DNA of 64,000 nt from Candidatus Omnitrophota bacterium (GTDB lineage: Bacteria > Omnitrophota > Gorgyraeia > Zapsychrales > Zapsychraceae): assembly GCA_003528115.1 (NCBI GenBank), contig DOGZ01000017.1, forward strand, positions 8,795 through 72,794. Reading direction: 5' to 3'. This document shows, in pieces, positions 1-8,762 of the stretch. The notes under the pieces were generated by a model. It had not been told where the DNA came from. It was given only the letters and a program-made list of their open reading frames with translations, and made no database searches. Every line of letters starts with the position of its first letter. Positions within the stretch are counted from its first letter, which is position 1. The position numbers and the translations under genes were made by a program.

Positions 1-1
1 T

Positions 2-265
2 AAGGTAAGAATCATCGAGAATGAAAATATTCCCTCGGATAAAATTTATATTGGAGCCATTGTTACCATGAAGGATCTTGATCAGGAAGAAGAGCTGCAG
101 TATATGTTGGTCTCTCCTGAAGAGGCGGATTATGAGGCGAATAAACTTTCGATATTTTCTCCGGTTGGAAAGGCTTTGATGGGCCAATCCGAAGGCCAGC
201 AATTGGAGATCAAGGTCCCTGCCGGGGTTTTAAGATACATGATTGTTAAAATAGAACGTCCCTAA
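2..265 (+). CDS. greA: Transcription elongation factor GreA, C-terminal part (5' end outside window)
   Basis: The frame is open from the window edge. The C-terminal FKBP-like motif SPVGKALMGQSEGQQLEIKVPAGVLRYMIV matches the GreA/GreB C-domain. Confidence 0.8.
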   Translation, partial: KVRIIENENIPSDKIYIGAIVTMKDLDQEEELQYMLVSPEEADYEANKLSIFSPVGKALMGQSEGQQLEIKVPAGVLRYMIVKIERP

Positions 266-290
266 GGCAATTTATTCACTTCCGCAAAGG

Positions 291-1793
291 TCAATCATCC
301 TGCCAGAGAGAGTAAAAGACCCAAAACAGGACCATGGGCAAGACAGCAAAGAGTATGCGATGCAAAGAAACCTGTAACCACCAGCCAATCTCAAAATACG
401 TGTTTACTAAGTAATAAAAGGTAATGATCAGTCCATAGCTTATCAAGAATCCAGGGAGGATAATAAGCCGTGGATGCAGGCATTTCCATTTACTCAAGAT
501 TAATCCCACCATTGCCGCGAGCCATAGCCCATGCCATTTGTGTTCGAGGTATTCAGGCGCTATTCCGGTATGGAATGATTTGAAGAAAACAAACACATTC
601 CAGAGCGGCATTCCTAATTCAAAAAAATAAAATCCGAGGATCGTTTTAATCCTAAGAGGTGTTATGGGTTTTTCCGCTGAAGAAAGACCGTTAATAAAGG
701 TAATGTTGTCTGGAGCATAAAATAGGTTAAAGACAAGTGCAGGAAGAAACCCGATGAAAGCGCCTGTCAGAAAAGTTCGGATCATAGGAAAGGCACCTTT
801 TATTTTTTCAGGAGGCGCTCCGTTACAGACCGATGGGGTTTTCCAAATGAGAAATGGAACAGCCAAGATTAAAAGAATCAGTGAAGCGATGAGGCCTTCA
901 CTCTTTGTGAAACTTAGTAAACCTGTAAAGAGACCGGCTAGGAGCGCCAACGACGGGCAGTTATCGTGTTTGGCTTTGATCAGACAGAAGAGACTCGCGA
1001 GAAGATAAAATCCCAGCACATGGTCACAATACTGGCTGAGCGATAGTTTATTAAAAAGAGGAAGTGTCAGTAAGACAAGGCTGGGAAGAAACGCGTAGGG
1101 GCTTCGGGTTAAGTCCTTGAGACCGCAGTAGAGCAGTCCTAAAGAGAGCAGGGTGAACAAAAATGAAGTGAAAATTGGCCCATCAAAAGTCGCTTGATTA
1201 ATACAGAGCCAACTCCAGACGTTGAGAAGAGGCAAGAATAACGGGTAATGGGGACTGGATCGCCAAAGAATAGGGCTCAAGAGATTTTTCCAGTGCTCTC
1301 CACCGAGAAATAAAAATTTAGCTTTTAAATTCCAAGTCGACCAGGCGTCCCAGCCGCCATAAACGTAAAAATGGGATTGATACCATAAAGGGAGCACCAT
1401 GAGGATAAGTAACAAGACGGTGAGGCCCGCCTTGAATGGAGAGCATGTGGGAAAAAAGAAAATCTTTTTTGTTTGGAAACAACCCTTAGCCCTCGAGAGG
1501 CGGTGGGGATCTGTGCGTCGTTGATGAATGAACATATTCATAAGAAGAAGGATGAGGAAAAAGAAGATATGAAAGGCAATAACAAAGTAGCGGTGGAGCT
1601 GGTTAAAGACGATAAAACTAATGAATGTCAATTGGGTGCTGACCGCCAGGCCTAAACCAAAAGACAAGATCAATTTAAGGGAAAGAGCGATCTTCCGTTG
1701 GGGTTGAATAAGTAAGGTCAACAACAAATATCCAATGCCTAGGGAAATAAGGTAAGGAAGGTAGGTTAAAAGTGTTGGCAGTAACATCGACAA
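291..1793 (-). CDS. Polytopic GT-C-type membrane glycosyltransferase (PMT_2/ArnT-like), paralog A
   Basis: 500 aa with about 12 predicted TM helices. It has a WDAW..WN.K.KFL loop motif and shares long conserved blocks (YPL.LP..NVW; QY.D.LL.FYLLASL; GLL.F.K.EGL) with the 5116..6519 product. Confidence 0.5.
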   Translation of the reverse strand: MSMLLPTLLTYLPYLISLGIGYLLLTLLIQPQRKIALSLKLILSFGLGLAVSTQLTFISFIVFNQLHRYFVIAFHIFFFLILLLMNMFIHQRRTDPHRLSRAKGCFQTKKIFFFPTCSPFKAGLTVLLLILMVLPLWYQSHFYVYGGWDAWSTWNLKAKFLFLGGEHWKNLLSPILWRSSPHYPLFLPLLNVWSWLCINQATFDGPIFTSFLFTLLSLGLLYCGLKDLTRSPYAFLPSLVLLTLPLFNKLSLSQYCDHVLGFYLLASLFCLIKAKHDNCPSLALLAGLFTGLLSFTKSEGLIASLILLILAVPFLIWKTPSVCNGAPPEKIKGAFPMIRTFLTGAFIGFLPALVFNLFYAPDNITFINGLSSAEKPITPLRIKTILGFYFFELGMPLWNVFVFFKSFHTGIAPEYLEHKWHGLWLAAMVGLILSKWKCLHPRLIILPGFLISYGLIITFYYLVNTYFEIGWWLQVSLHRILFAVLPMVLFWVFYSLWQDD

Positions 1794-1829
1794 CAGCGAA
1801 CTCCATTTCTATATCGAATAGGATTTTCT

Positions 1830-2306
1830 CTAAAAATGTGAACCGGGGTTAGCGAAGATATCTTTCCTTGCAAGGATGACTCCGAACTGATTTCTTCGCC
1901 AAGGGGCCGCTCCAATCTTTTCCATTTCTTGCCAAGCCACCGATTCTTTTGAGCAGAAGAAAATAATATATTCATGCTCCAGATTGTTTAAATCAAGAAT
2001 CGTAGGGGCCAAAATGAATTGGGCATGAGAAAACTGCTTGCTGTGTTCTTGTTGGTTGAGATCGTTATCTGTGTAGTAGCCGACGATTTCCTCCCCCTTC
2101 ACAAACTCTTCCAAGCCTGCAAATTTATAACCGATGTTTTGGTAAGGAAGAACTTTCTTGAACATGTAAACGTCTTTGACGGTCTTTATTAAATCCACGG
2201 CATTGAATAAGGTGATGGCCAACAGGCAAAGGACAAAGAAAAATTTGGAAAAACTCCGAGGTTGTCGAGGGGGAAAGGTCAGTTTTATATTGGATACGAG
2301 TGACAT
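1830..2306 (-). CDS. Small single-pass membrane protein, partner of GT-C paralog A
   Basis: 158 aa with one N-terminal TM helix. It shares the motif Q[FY].LAPTILDLNN..H[EQ][YF][IV]I with the 6519..6938 product and sits immediately upstream of the GT-C gene. Confidence 0.5.
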   Translation of the reverse strand: MSLVSNIKLTFPPRQPRSFSKFFFVLCLLAITLFNAVDLIKTVKDVYMFKKVLPYQNIGYKFAGLEEFVKGEEIVGYYTDNDLNQQEHSKQFSHAQFILAPTILDLNNLEHEYIIFFCSKESVAWQEMEKIGAAPWRRNQFGVILARKDIFANPGSHF

Positions 2307-2327
2307 AGTTAAGTAGAGATAAAATGG

Positions 2328-3050
2328 TTAAAACGGTCGAAGGTTTATTTTCTCTTTCAACATTGCCGTAGGATCATTCCTGTTATTCCGTTGGTCCGTT
2401 TGTTTCAAAGCCTTAAGCTCTGAATAACTTAAAATAAGAAGCAGACGAACCGCGGCATAACCATTTCTTAAATGGGTTGTTATATCATAATGGTCGTGTC
2501 CTGAGCCTAAAAGGATTTGTTTATAAATCATGGAGGTATTTATTATTTTGATGTTAACTTCCGGCTGAGTGGTCAGGGCCTTTTGAAAAGACTCAACGGC
2601 TTCAGAATAACGGCCTTCTTTGTAATCAATGAGGCCAAGATTGTAGTGTGACCAAAAGAAATGAGGATTCAGTAAAGCGGCTTTTTTGTAGGCCTCCAAG
2701 GACTTCTGTTTTTCCCCGGTGTGGTAATAACAAAATCCCAACAGGCCATAGGCCTCAGCCAATTGAGGCATGTAGAGAACCACCTTTTCGTAGTATTGAA
2801 TGCAGCCTCGGAGTTTCTTTTTGTCGGGGACTTCCTGGTCATCCATAATTCCTGTGAGATGGACAAAGGAAGGCAGAAGCCGGTTTAATACGGTGATCTT
2901 GGCCGCGTTCAGGCTTTTAGGATGATCGATCGTTGCGTGAAAGAATACCCAGGCGAACAGATACAAGATCATGACACGGTTTCCATAAAACAGGAAACGA
3001 GTTATCAGAAGACTGTTCTTCATGATTTTCTCAGGGAGAATGTTATCCAT
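2328..3050 (-). CDS. TPR-repeat protein with N-terminal membrane anchor
   Basis: 240 aa. TPR-like repeats are visible (AEAYGLLGFCYYHTGEKQKSLEAYKKAALLNP; SHYNLGLIDYKEGRYSEAVESFQKAL) and there is an N-terminal hydrophobic segment. The start overlaps the end of the upstream gene. Confidence 0.55.
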   Translation of the reverse strand: MDNILPEKIMKNSLLITRFLFYGNRVMILYLFAWVFFHATIDHPKSLNAAKITVLNRLLPSFVHLTGIMDDQEVPDKKKLRGCIQYYEKVVLYMPQLAEAYGLLGFCYYHTGEKQKSLEAYKKAALLNPHFFWSHYNLGLIDYKEGRYSEAVESFQKALTTQPEVNIKIINTSMIYKQILLGSGHDHYDITTHLRNGYAAVRLLLILSYSELKALKQTDQRNNRNDPTAMLKEKINLRPF

Positions 3051-5119
3051 AAAAACAAAAGGCTGATCAATAGGAAATAAAATAGAGCTAATAACACGTA
3101 ATTCATAAGATAAGCCCCAGAAGTGCCGAAATGAAAATAGACGACATTTTCTCCCGGCGGAATCCAGAGGCCTTTAAAAGCAATGTTGGCTCGTTCCACA
3201 GGGACAGGTTGCCTGTTAACAAAGGCCTGCCACCGGCTGTCAAAGGAGTCATTATAAACAAGAAATTTACGAGACGGGAAATTGGTTTTTACTTTTATTG
3301 AGTTCATATTGTAGGACAACAAACGGAATTCGGGGGCGTCTTTTTCAATAACCAAGGCTTCCTTAGGAACGTCCCGGGAATCCGCCCCATCTTCCCCGGA
3401 AGAAGAAACAAAGGCCACGTTTCTTTGTTCAGCGAAAGCTTGCTCGACTTCTTTAAAGCTCAAATTCTTATCGGAAATGTTTTCGGTGCGGTCATAAAGG
3501 ATAAATTTATGACTTAGATATTTTCCAAAAATTGTATAATCCAGCCGGCTGTTGGCCAAGTGGTACCACTTTGTCCCGAAATATATTTTTTGTGTGTGGT
3601 CAGGACTGTGGGTATAACTAAAATCCGTGAACGGCCGGTCATACGTGGATGGCCCCGCGTAGGACGGGGAATTGAGGCTGAGATGATAATAGACTTCTGT
3701 CGCGGGAAGGAAAACGAGCCCTAAGAGAAAGATCAGGGTTGAGATTTCTTTACTGATCAATCTTCCATTGAAGATGAGGATAAAGAAAATAAAACTGAAG
3801 CAAATGGTCAAAAAAGAGGTGAGAGACGCCGTCTTGGTGAAGATTGTAAGGAGAAAGCCAATGAAGTGAACGGCCAGGAGAAAAGCCATCGTTAAAATGT
3901 TTTCTTTTTTTGTGGTTGGACGATGAGTTAGGATTGAACGGAACAATTCCGTGACAAAGAGAATCAATAGAGGGAGAAGGATGAGCCAGAGAAAAAAGTG
4001 TGAATTTCTGAAATACTTAAAAAAGAAGACATGCGTGTATAAATAGGAATAAATAGGTAACTGAGGGGTGGTGATGAGAAAGACGAGGAGGCTCCAGATG
4101 AAAAACAGTAGAAGTTTTTTGTTAATTCTGCTCATCGCCCCGAGGCTGAATATCAGATAGGCAAAGAGGGGGATATATAAGACTTTAAAGTGCATGTCCG
4201 GGAGATTGGATAAAAGATAAGAAAAATATACCTCCTCACCGATGCTCCATTCGGTAATTTTATTTATATTGACCTCGAGGGCGTTTTGAGACGAGGAGGC
4301 GTCTGCTCTAAAGGGCAGCGTGAATTCGCCTCTGGATGATTCGTGAAAAAATGTAATGGAAGGCAGGGCGGATAAGAGAAGGGCCGCCAGGCAGAAGCCC
4401 GCGAAGATTTTGTTGTGGTTGAGAAAAGATAGATTCCTTCGGCAGATGGTTAAGAAATCCTGGAAGAAAATAATAATAAAACAAAAGACAAAAGATAAAA
4501 AGATAGTGGCGAAATAAAAGGGAATATACGTGGTCATGAGAAGCATGAAACAGAAAATCAGGCCTAGAAAAGAATGTTTTTGCGGGTTTCTGGAGAAATC
4601 CACCAGAAAAAAGAAAAACCAAATCATGGGGACGAATATGAGGTGGAGATAGGAGTCGAAGAGATTTGTCCCCAGAGAAGAGAACAGGAGAAGGAGGTAA
4701 GCCAAAAAAGCGGACTTTGTATCCCGAAAAATTAAGTGCGCCAGTTTATAGAAACCAAATATGCCCAGAAAGTAGTATGCGCCTAGAAAGGCAAGATAGG
4801 CCAGCGTGTAGTTGAGGCCCATCCCTTGAAGAATAAGAATAAAACCATAAAAAGGATTATAAGCGCCGATTCGGCGTAAAAAGAAATCGTTAGGCGCGCC
4901 TGATTCCCATGTCGGGTTCCATAAAGGAAAGACCCCGCGGCTCACATTATCTAAAAAGAATTTGATTTGTTCGTAGTAGGATACCGCGTCGTGAACGAGG
5001 GCTAATTTGGCGGAAAGAAAATCGCGGAACAAAAATACCCATAAAAGAAAAGAAAAAATAATGATCCAGTAAGGATTTTTAATATGAGGCAGGAAATGGG
5101 GATGTTTGGGCGGCATCAT
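3020..5119 (-). CDS. YfhO-like polytopic membrane protein (GT-C fold glycosyltransferase family)
   Basis: 699 aa with many TM helices. The N-terminal loop (DAVSYYEQIKFF...GVFPLWNP) is typical of the YfhO family, and there is a large C-terminal extracytoplasmic domain. Confidence 0.5.
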   Translation of the reverse strand: MMPPKHPHFLPHIKNPYWIIIFSFLLWVFLFRDFLSAKLALVHDAVSYYEQIKFFLDNVSRGVFPLWNPTWESGAPNDFFLRRIGAYNPFYGFILILQGMGLNYTLAYLAFLGAYYFLGIFGFYKLAHLIFRDTKSAFLAYLLLLFSSLGTNLFDSYLHLIFVPMIWFFFFLVDFSRNPQKHSFLGLIFCFMLLMTTYIPFYFATIFLSFVFCFIIIFFQDFLTICRRNLSFLNHNKIFAGFCLAALLLSALPSITFFHESSRGEFTLPFRADASSSQNALEVNINKITEWSIGEEVYFSYLLSNLPDMHFKVLYIPLFAYLIFSLGAMSRINKKLLLFFIWSLLVFLITTPQLPIYSYLYTHVFFFKYFRNSHFFLWLILLPLLILFVTELFRSILTHRPTTKKENILTMAFLLAVHFIGFLLTIFTKTASLTSFLTICFSFIFFILIFNGRLISKEISTLIFLLGLVFLPATEVYYHLSLNSPSYAGPSTYDRPFTDFSYTHSPDHTQKIYFGTKWYHLANSRLDYTIFGKYLSHKFILYDRTENISDKNLSFKEVEQAFAEQRNVAFVSSSGEDGADSRDVPKEALVIEKDAPEFRLLSYNMNSIKVKTNFPSRKFLVYNDSFDSRWQAFVNRQPVPVERANIAFKGLWIPPGENVVYFHFGTSGAYLMNYVLLALFYFLLISLLFLWITFSLRKS

Positions 5120-6519
5120 GGCTTTTTCTTTGAGCGTGGATTCGGTGATTCCGGTTTCGTATGTTCAGGCAGACGCCAGAAGGTGTAAAAACAACAAAAT
5201 AGAAGGGAGGGGAGTAAATAAAAGAATATTCTTCCCAGCGTGCTTTTGAGCCGCCAGGCAAGATCGAAATTGGCCGTTGTCAGATAAATAATGATGACGA
5301 CGCCCCCATAAACGATAAAAAATAAAGACAGAATCTTACGTTCTTTATAGAAAAATTTTTGGAACCCGGCAAAAAATATAAAAAGGATAAATATCCATAT
5401 GTGACACCAGCGTTCATGAAGAATCTCGCGCCCCAAGGCGGAAAAAATGAGCCAGACGCCTTGTCCATTAAAAAATCTTAATTCTCTGGCGGCGTAGTCG
5501 ATCAGAATGTCCCGGTTGGGCGGCGCTAAAAACAATTTAAAAAAAATGGTTGTCCAGATTGTCAAGATAAGCCCGATGAATATTCCTTGAAGTTGTTGGA
5601 AGGAACTCTTTTGATCTTTCTCTTTATTCCAAAGAAGATAAGCCACAAGCAAGCTTATCAGGACCATCATCATGACGAGACCTTCATTTTTGATGAAGGT
5701 CAATAATCCAAGGAGCATACCCAGCAAAACAGCCGAGCCGGCGTTTTTTGTCGTAAGCATTATCATGGCGATGATCAAACTGGCTAAGAGGTAGAAGGCC
5801 AGAAGAATATCGGCATATTGGGCGGTGGCACAAAATACATAATAAGGATGCAGGAGCAGGAGGCTGGAGGCCAGAAGGGCGATTTCTTTTTTAATAAATT
5901 GCCTTAATCCGGCGTAAAGCAGGATATTACACGACATAGCAAACAGTACCGCCGTAGTTAAGCTGATCTGTTGAAGCGGAGCTCCGGAAAAGGCGTGAAT
6001 CCACACATTGATAAAAGGGAGAAGGAGGGGATAGTCCGGTTGGGTGTGCCAATGGAGTTTATCAAAGATACTACGCCAGGAATCTCCGCTTAAGACAAGG
6101 AATTTTGTCTTCATATTCCACAAGGCCCACGCGTCCCATTGTCCAAAGGGATGTTTGGAGGCTATAAAGTAAATCACAAAAGACAGAACGGTCCACAGCG
6201 CGCAAGCCGCCAAGTCAATCAGAGGCGGATTATCCCAAGAGACGGGGGGAATAGGGGTATTGTTTTGTTTTTGATGAAAAAAGAGGTTGAGCAAAAATAA
6301 CAACATCAGGAGCCCGAGCATAAAACAGGTTATGGCGGGTGGATTAAACTTGTTGAACAACAGGAAGGACAGAAATGTGACGGCGGCGGAGAATCCCAAC
6401 CCAATACCGACAGCCAGAGGCACGATCAAGAGGAAGGGGATTTTTTTTGAGTTCCGCGTAAGAAGATGAAGGATGAGAAAACCCATGAGAAACGATATAA
6501 AATAGGCCAGTAAAAACAT
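5116..6519 (-). CDS. Polytopic GT-C-type membrane glycosyltransferase (PMT_2/ArnT-like), paralog B
   Basis: 467 aa. It carries the QWDAWALWNMKTKFLVLSGDSW motif and is clearly paralogous to 291..1793. Its 4-nt overlap with the downstream gene suggests translational coupling. Confidence 0.5.
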   Translation of the reverse strand: MFLLAYFISFLMGFLILHLLTRNSKKIPFLLIVPLAVGIGLGFSAAVTFLSFLLFNKFNPPAITCFMLGLLMLLFLLNLFFHQKQNNTPIPPVSWDNPPLIDLAACALWTVLSFVIYFIASKHPFGQWDAWALWNMKTKFLVLSGDSWRSIFDKLHWHTQPDYPLLLPFINVWIHAFSGAPLQQISLTTAVLFAMSCNILLYAGLRQFIKKEIALLASSLLLLHPYYVFCATAQYADILLAFYLLASLIIAMIMLTTKNAGSAVLLGMLLGLLTFIKNEGLVMMMVLISLLVAYLLWNKEKDQKSSFQQLQGIFIGLILTIWTTIFFKLFLAPPNRDILIDYAARELRFFNGQGVWLIFSALGREILHERWCHIWIFILFIFFAGFQKFFYKERKILSLFFIVYGGVVIIIYLTTANFDLAWRLKSTLGRIFFYLLPSLLFCCFYTFWRLPEHTKPESPNPRSKKKP

Positions 6520-6938
6520 TATTTTCTCTTTTGCGCTAAAATTTTTTGATATTCATTATCTTTGATGGGAACCGCGTTGATTTTCTTCAAGACATAGTTA
6601 AGGTAAACAGGGCTGGTGTAATCCAATATAACAAATTGATGGTCGGCATTATTAAGATCCAGGATCGTAGGGGCCAGGAAATATTGGGCTTGAAGGAATT
6701 CGCCTTCATTTTTTTCAGGAGAAGTATCTTTATTAGTAAGAAAGCCGGCCTCCTTGACGCCGTGCAGGATTTCTTGAAAGTCCGCGTATTGGGAGCCGGG
6801 TTCAACCACGGCGATTTTCTTCCCGGCTTGAGTCATAACGTAAACGAATAGAAAGAAGGCATTGTAACAAACCAAGAATATAGTCGCCGTTAGGAGGATT
6901 GTTTCTAACTGAAGGCACTTAGTGAGGAAGCGTTTCAT
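6519..6938 (-). CDS. Small single-pass membrane protein, partner of GT-C paralog B
   Basis: 139 aa with one N-terminal TM helix. It carries QYFLAPTILDLNNADHQFVILD, paralogous to 1830..2306, and its stop overlaps the start of the GT-C gene. Confidence 0.5.
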   Translation of the reverse strand: MKRFLTKCLQLETILLTATIFLVCYNAFFLFVYVMTQAGKKIAVVEPGSQYADFQEILHGVKEAGFLTNKDTSPEKNEGEFLQAQYFLAPTILDLNNADHQFVILDYTSPVYLNYVLKKINAVPIKDNEYQKILAQKRK

Positions 6939-7117
6939 CTTAGGAAATTAAGGGTTTTTAAAAAGATTTTTTTATGCTGGATTCAGCTTAGAGCGACATT
7001 ATACAACTAAGTTTCTTATCGGGGAAATCTTTAAATAAAACTTTCTAATCCATTTGGAAATCAGTATAATACCCGCTGTTTACCAGGGAAAGAATTCACA
7101 AGTCGGGAGGGGTTTGA

Positions 7118-8131
7118 TTGGTTAATGTTGGTATCATAGGCTGCGGCCATTGGGGGCCGAATCATATAAGGATTTTTTCTCATTTGCCGAATTCCAAGGC
7201 CTTTATGTGCGCGGATTTGGATGAGAAGCGATTGAAAGCGATTAAAGACACGTTTCTGAATATCCACATTACCACGGATTATCAAGATATTCTGCGAAGC
7301 CCTGATATTGATGCCGTGTGTGTCGCCTCGCCGACAAACACTCATTTTCGGTTGACCAAAGAGGCGTTGGAACATGGGAAACACGTTCTTTGTGAAAAAC
7401 CCCTGGCTCTTTCGGCAGGAGAATGTCGGGAGTTAAAGGAATTGGCGGCCAAACAAAAGAAGTTTCTTATGGTGGGGCACGTCTTTCTTTTTAATTCAGG
7501 CATTGTTTGGCTCAAGGATTTTATTCAATCGGGCGGGTTGGGGCGGATTTATTATGCCTATTCGACTCGAACCAATCTCGGGCCGTTCCGGTATGACGTT
7601 AACGCGTTATGGGATTTGGCGCCGCACGATATCTCCATTTTTAATTTTTTGTTTAATAGCCATCCTGTGAATGTCTCGGCCAGGGGGCAGAAATGTCTCG
7701 GGAATTCTTTGGAAGACATCACTTTTGCGACGTTGGAATATGCCGGAAATATCACGGTGAATATCCATATCAGTTGGCTTGACCCTCGCAAGGTCAGGCA
7801 GATCACGATCGTGGGCGATAAGAAGATGGTGATTTGGGATGATTTGGATAATGTCGGGCCGATTAAATTGTATGATAAACATGTTGAAAAGACAGCGGTC
7901 TTTTATGAAACGTACGGGGAGTTTCAGTTATTATCTAATGAAGGCAGTATCACGATTCCGCATATAGGTTTTAGAGAACCGCTCAAGGCGCAGGGACAGT
8001 ATTTTATTGATTGTATCGAGAAAAATATTTCTCCGGATATGTGTGACGCTCAAAAAGGCATGGACGTTGTCCGAACGTTATGCGCTGTTCAGGAATCTGT
8101 TGAGCAAAACGGGGCGTGCGTGAGAACTTGA
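7118..8131 (+). CDS. Gfo/Idh/MocA family NAD-dependent oxidoreductase, likely UDP-sugar 3-dehydrogenase (WbpB/WlbA-like)
   Basis: N-terminal Rossmann motif VGIIGCGHWGPNH and the EKPLA motif are present. The start is TTG, preceded by a GGGAGGGG ribosome-binding site (RBS). Confidence 0.75.
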   Translation: MVNVGIIGCGHWGPNHIRIFSHLPNSKAFMCADLDEKRLKAIKDTFLNIHITTDYQDILRSPDIDAVCVASPTNTHFRLTKEALEHGKHVLCEKPLALSAGECRELKELAAKQKKFLMVGHVFLFNSGIVWLKDFIQSGGLGRIYYAYSTRTNLGPFRYDVNALWDLAPHDISIFNFLFNSHPVNVSARGQKCLGNSLEDITFATLEYAGNITVNIHISWLDPRKVRQITIVGDKKMVIWDDLDNVGPIKLYDKHVEKTAVFYETYGEFQLLSNEGSITIPHIGFREPLKAQGQYFIDCIEKNISPDMCDAQKGMDVVRTLCAVQESVEQNGACVRT

Positions 8132-8140
8132 GGAGATGGG

Positions 8141-8701
8141 ATGGGATATTTCAAACATGAAAAAGCTCTGGTTCACGCCGAGGCGAAGATCGGTGATGAA
8201 ACGAGGATCTGGGCCTTTGCCAATATTCAGGCCGGAGCGGTGATAGGCCGTGGATGTAATATCTGCGACGGCAGTTTCGTGGAAAAAGGGGCCATTGTCG
8301 GGAATTACGTCACCATCAAACACCATGTTTCGGTTTTCGACGGGGTCACCATTGAGGATGATGTCTTTATCGGCTCGAACATTGCTTTTATTAATGATCG
8401 CTATCCGCGCAGCCATCGTAACGATCCCTGGACGCTGGAAAAGACCCTTGTTGAAAAAGGGGCCACATTGGGGAGTAATGCCGTTGTCCTTTGTGGGATC
8501 ACTATCGGAACGTATGCCGTTGTCGGCGCCGGGAGCGTGGTCACTAAAAATGTGCCGGCGTATGCCATTGTCGTTGGGAATCCGGCTGAATTCAAAGGAT
8601 ATGCCTGCCGATGCGGACGAAAATTGGACCAGGATTTAAGGTGCGGCTGCGGGCGGCAGTATGCGTTAAAGGGAAAAGAGTTGAAGGGTATTGATCGTTA
8701 A
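8141..8701 (+). CDS. Left-handed beta-helix (hexapeptide) sugar N-acetyltransferase (WbpD/QdtC/WxcM-C-like) with C-terminal Cys4 tail
   Basis: Hexapeptide repeats run through the protein. It ends in a CRCG-x9-CGCG tail. Confidence 0.7.
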   Translation: MGYFKHEKALVHAEAKIGDETRIWAFANIQAGAVIGRGCNICDGSFVEKGAIVGNYVTIKHHVSVFDGVTIEDDVFIGSNIAFINDRYPRSHRNDPWTLEKTLVEKGATLGSNAVVLCGITIGTYAVVGAGSVVTKNVPAYAIVVGNPAEFKGYACRCGRKLDQDLRCGCGRQYALKGKELKGIDR

Positions 8702-8762
8702 ATGGATTTTGTGAAGCGTGAGGAGATACGGATCAGGCTTTACGGGAAGAGTGGTTAATTTC

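Noticed and set aside
4308-4622. 104-aa ORF nested in the YfhO-like gene, and a similar ORF at 754-1008 in GT-C paralog A
   Set aside because: Each is nested in an alternative frame of a long membrane-protein ORF. There is no independent support.
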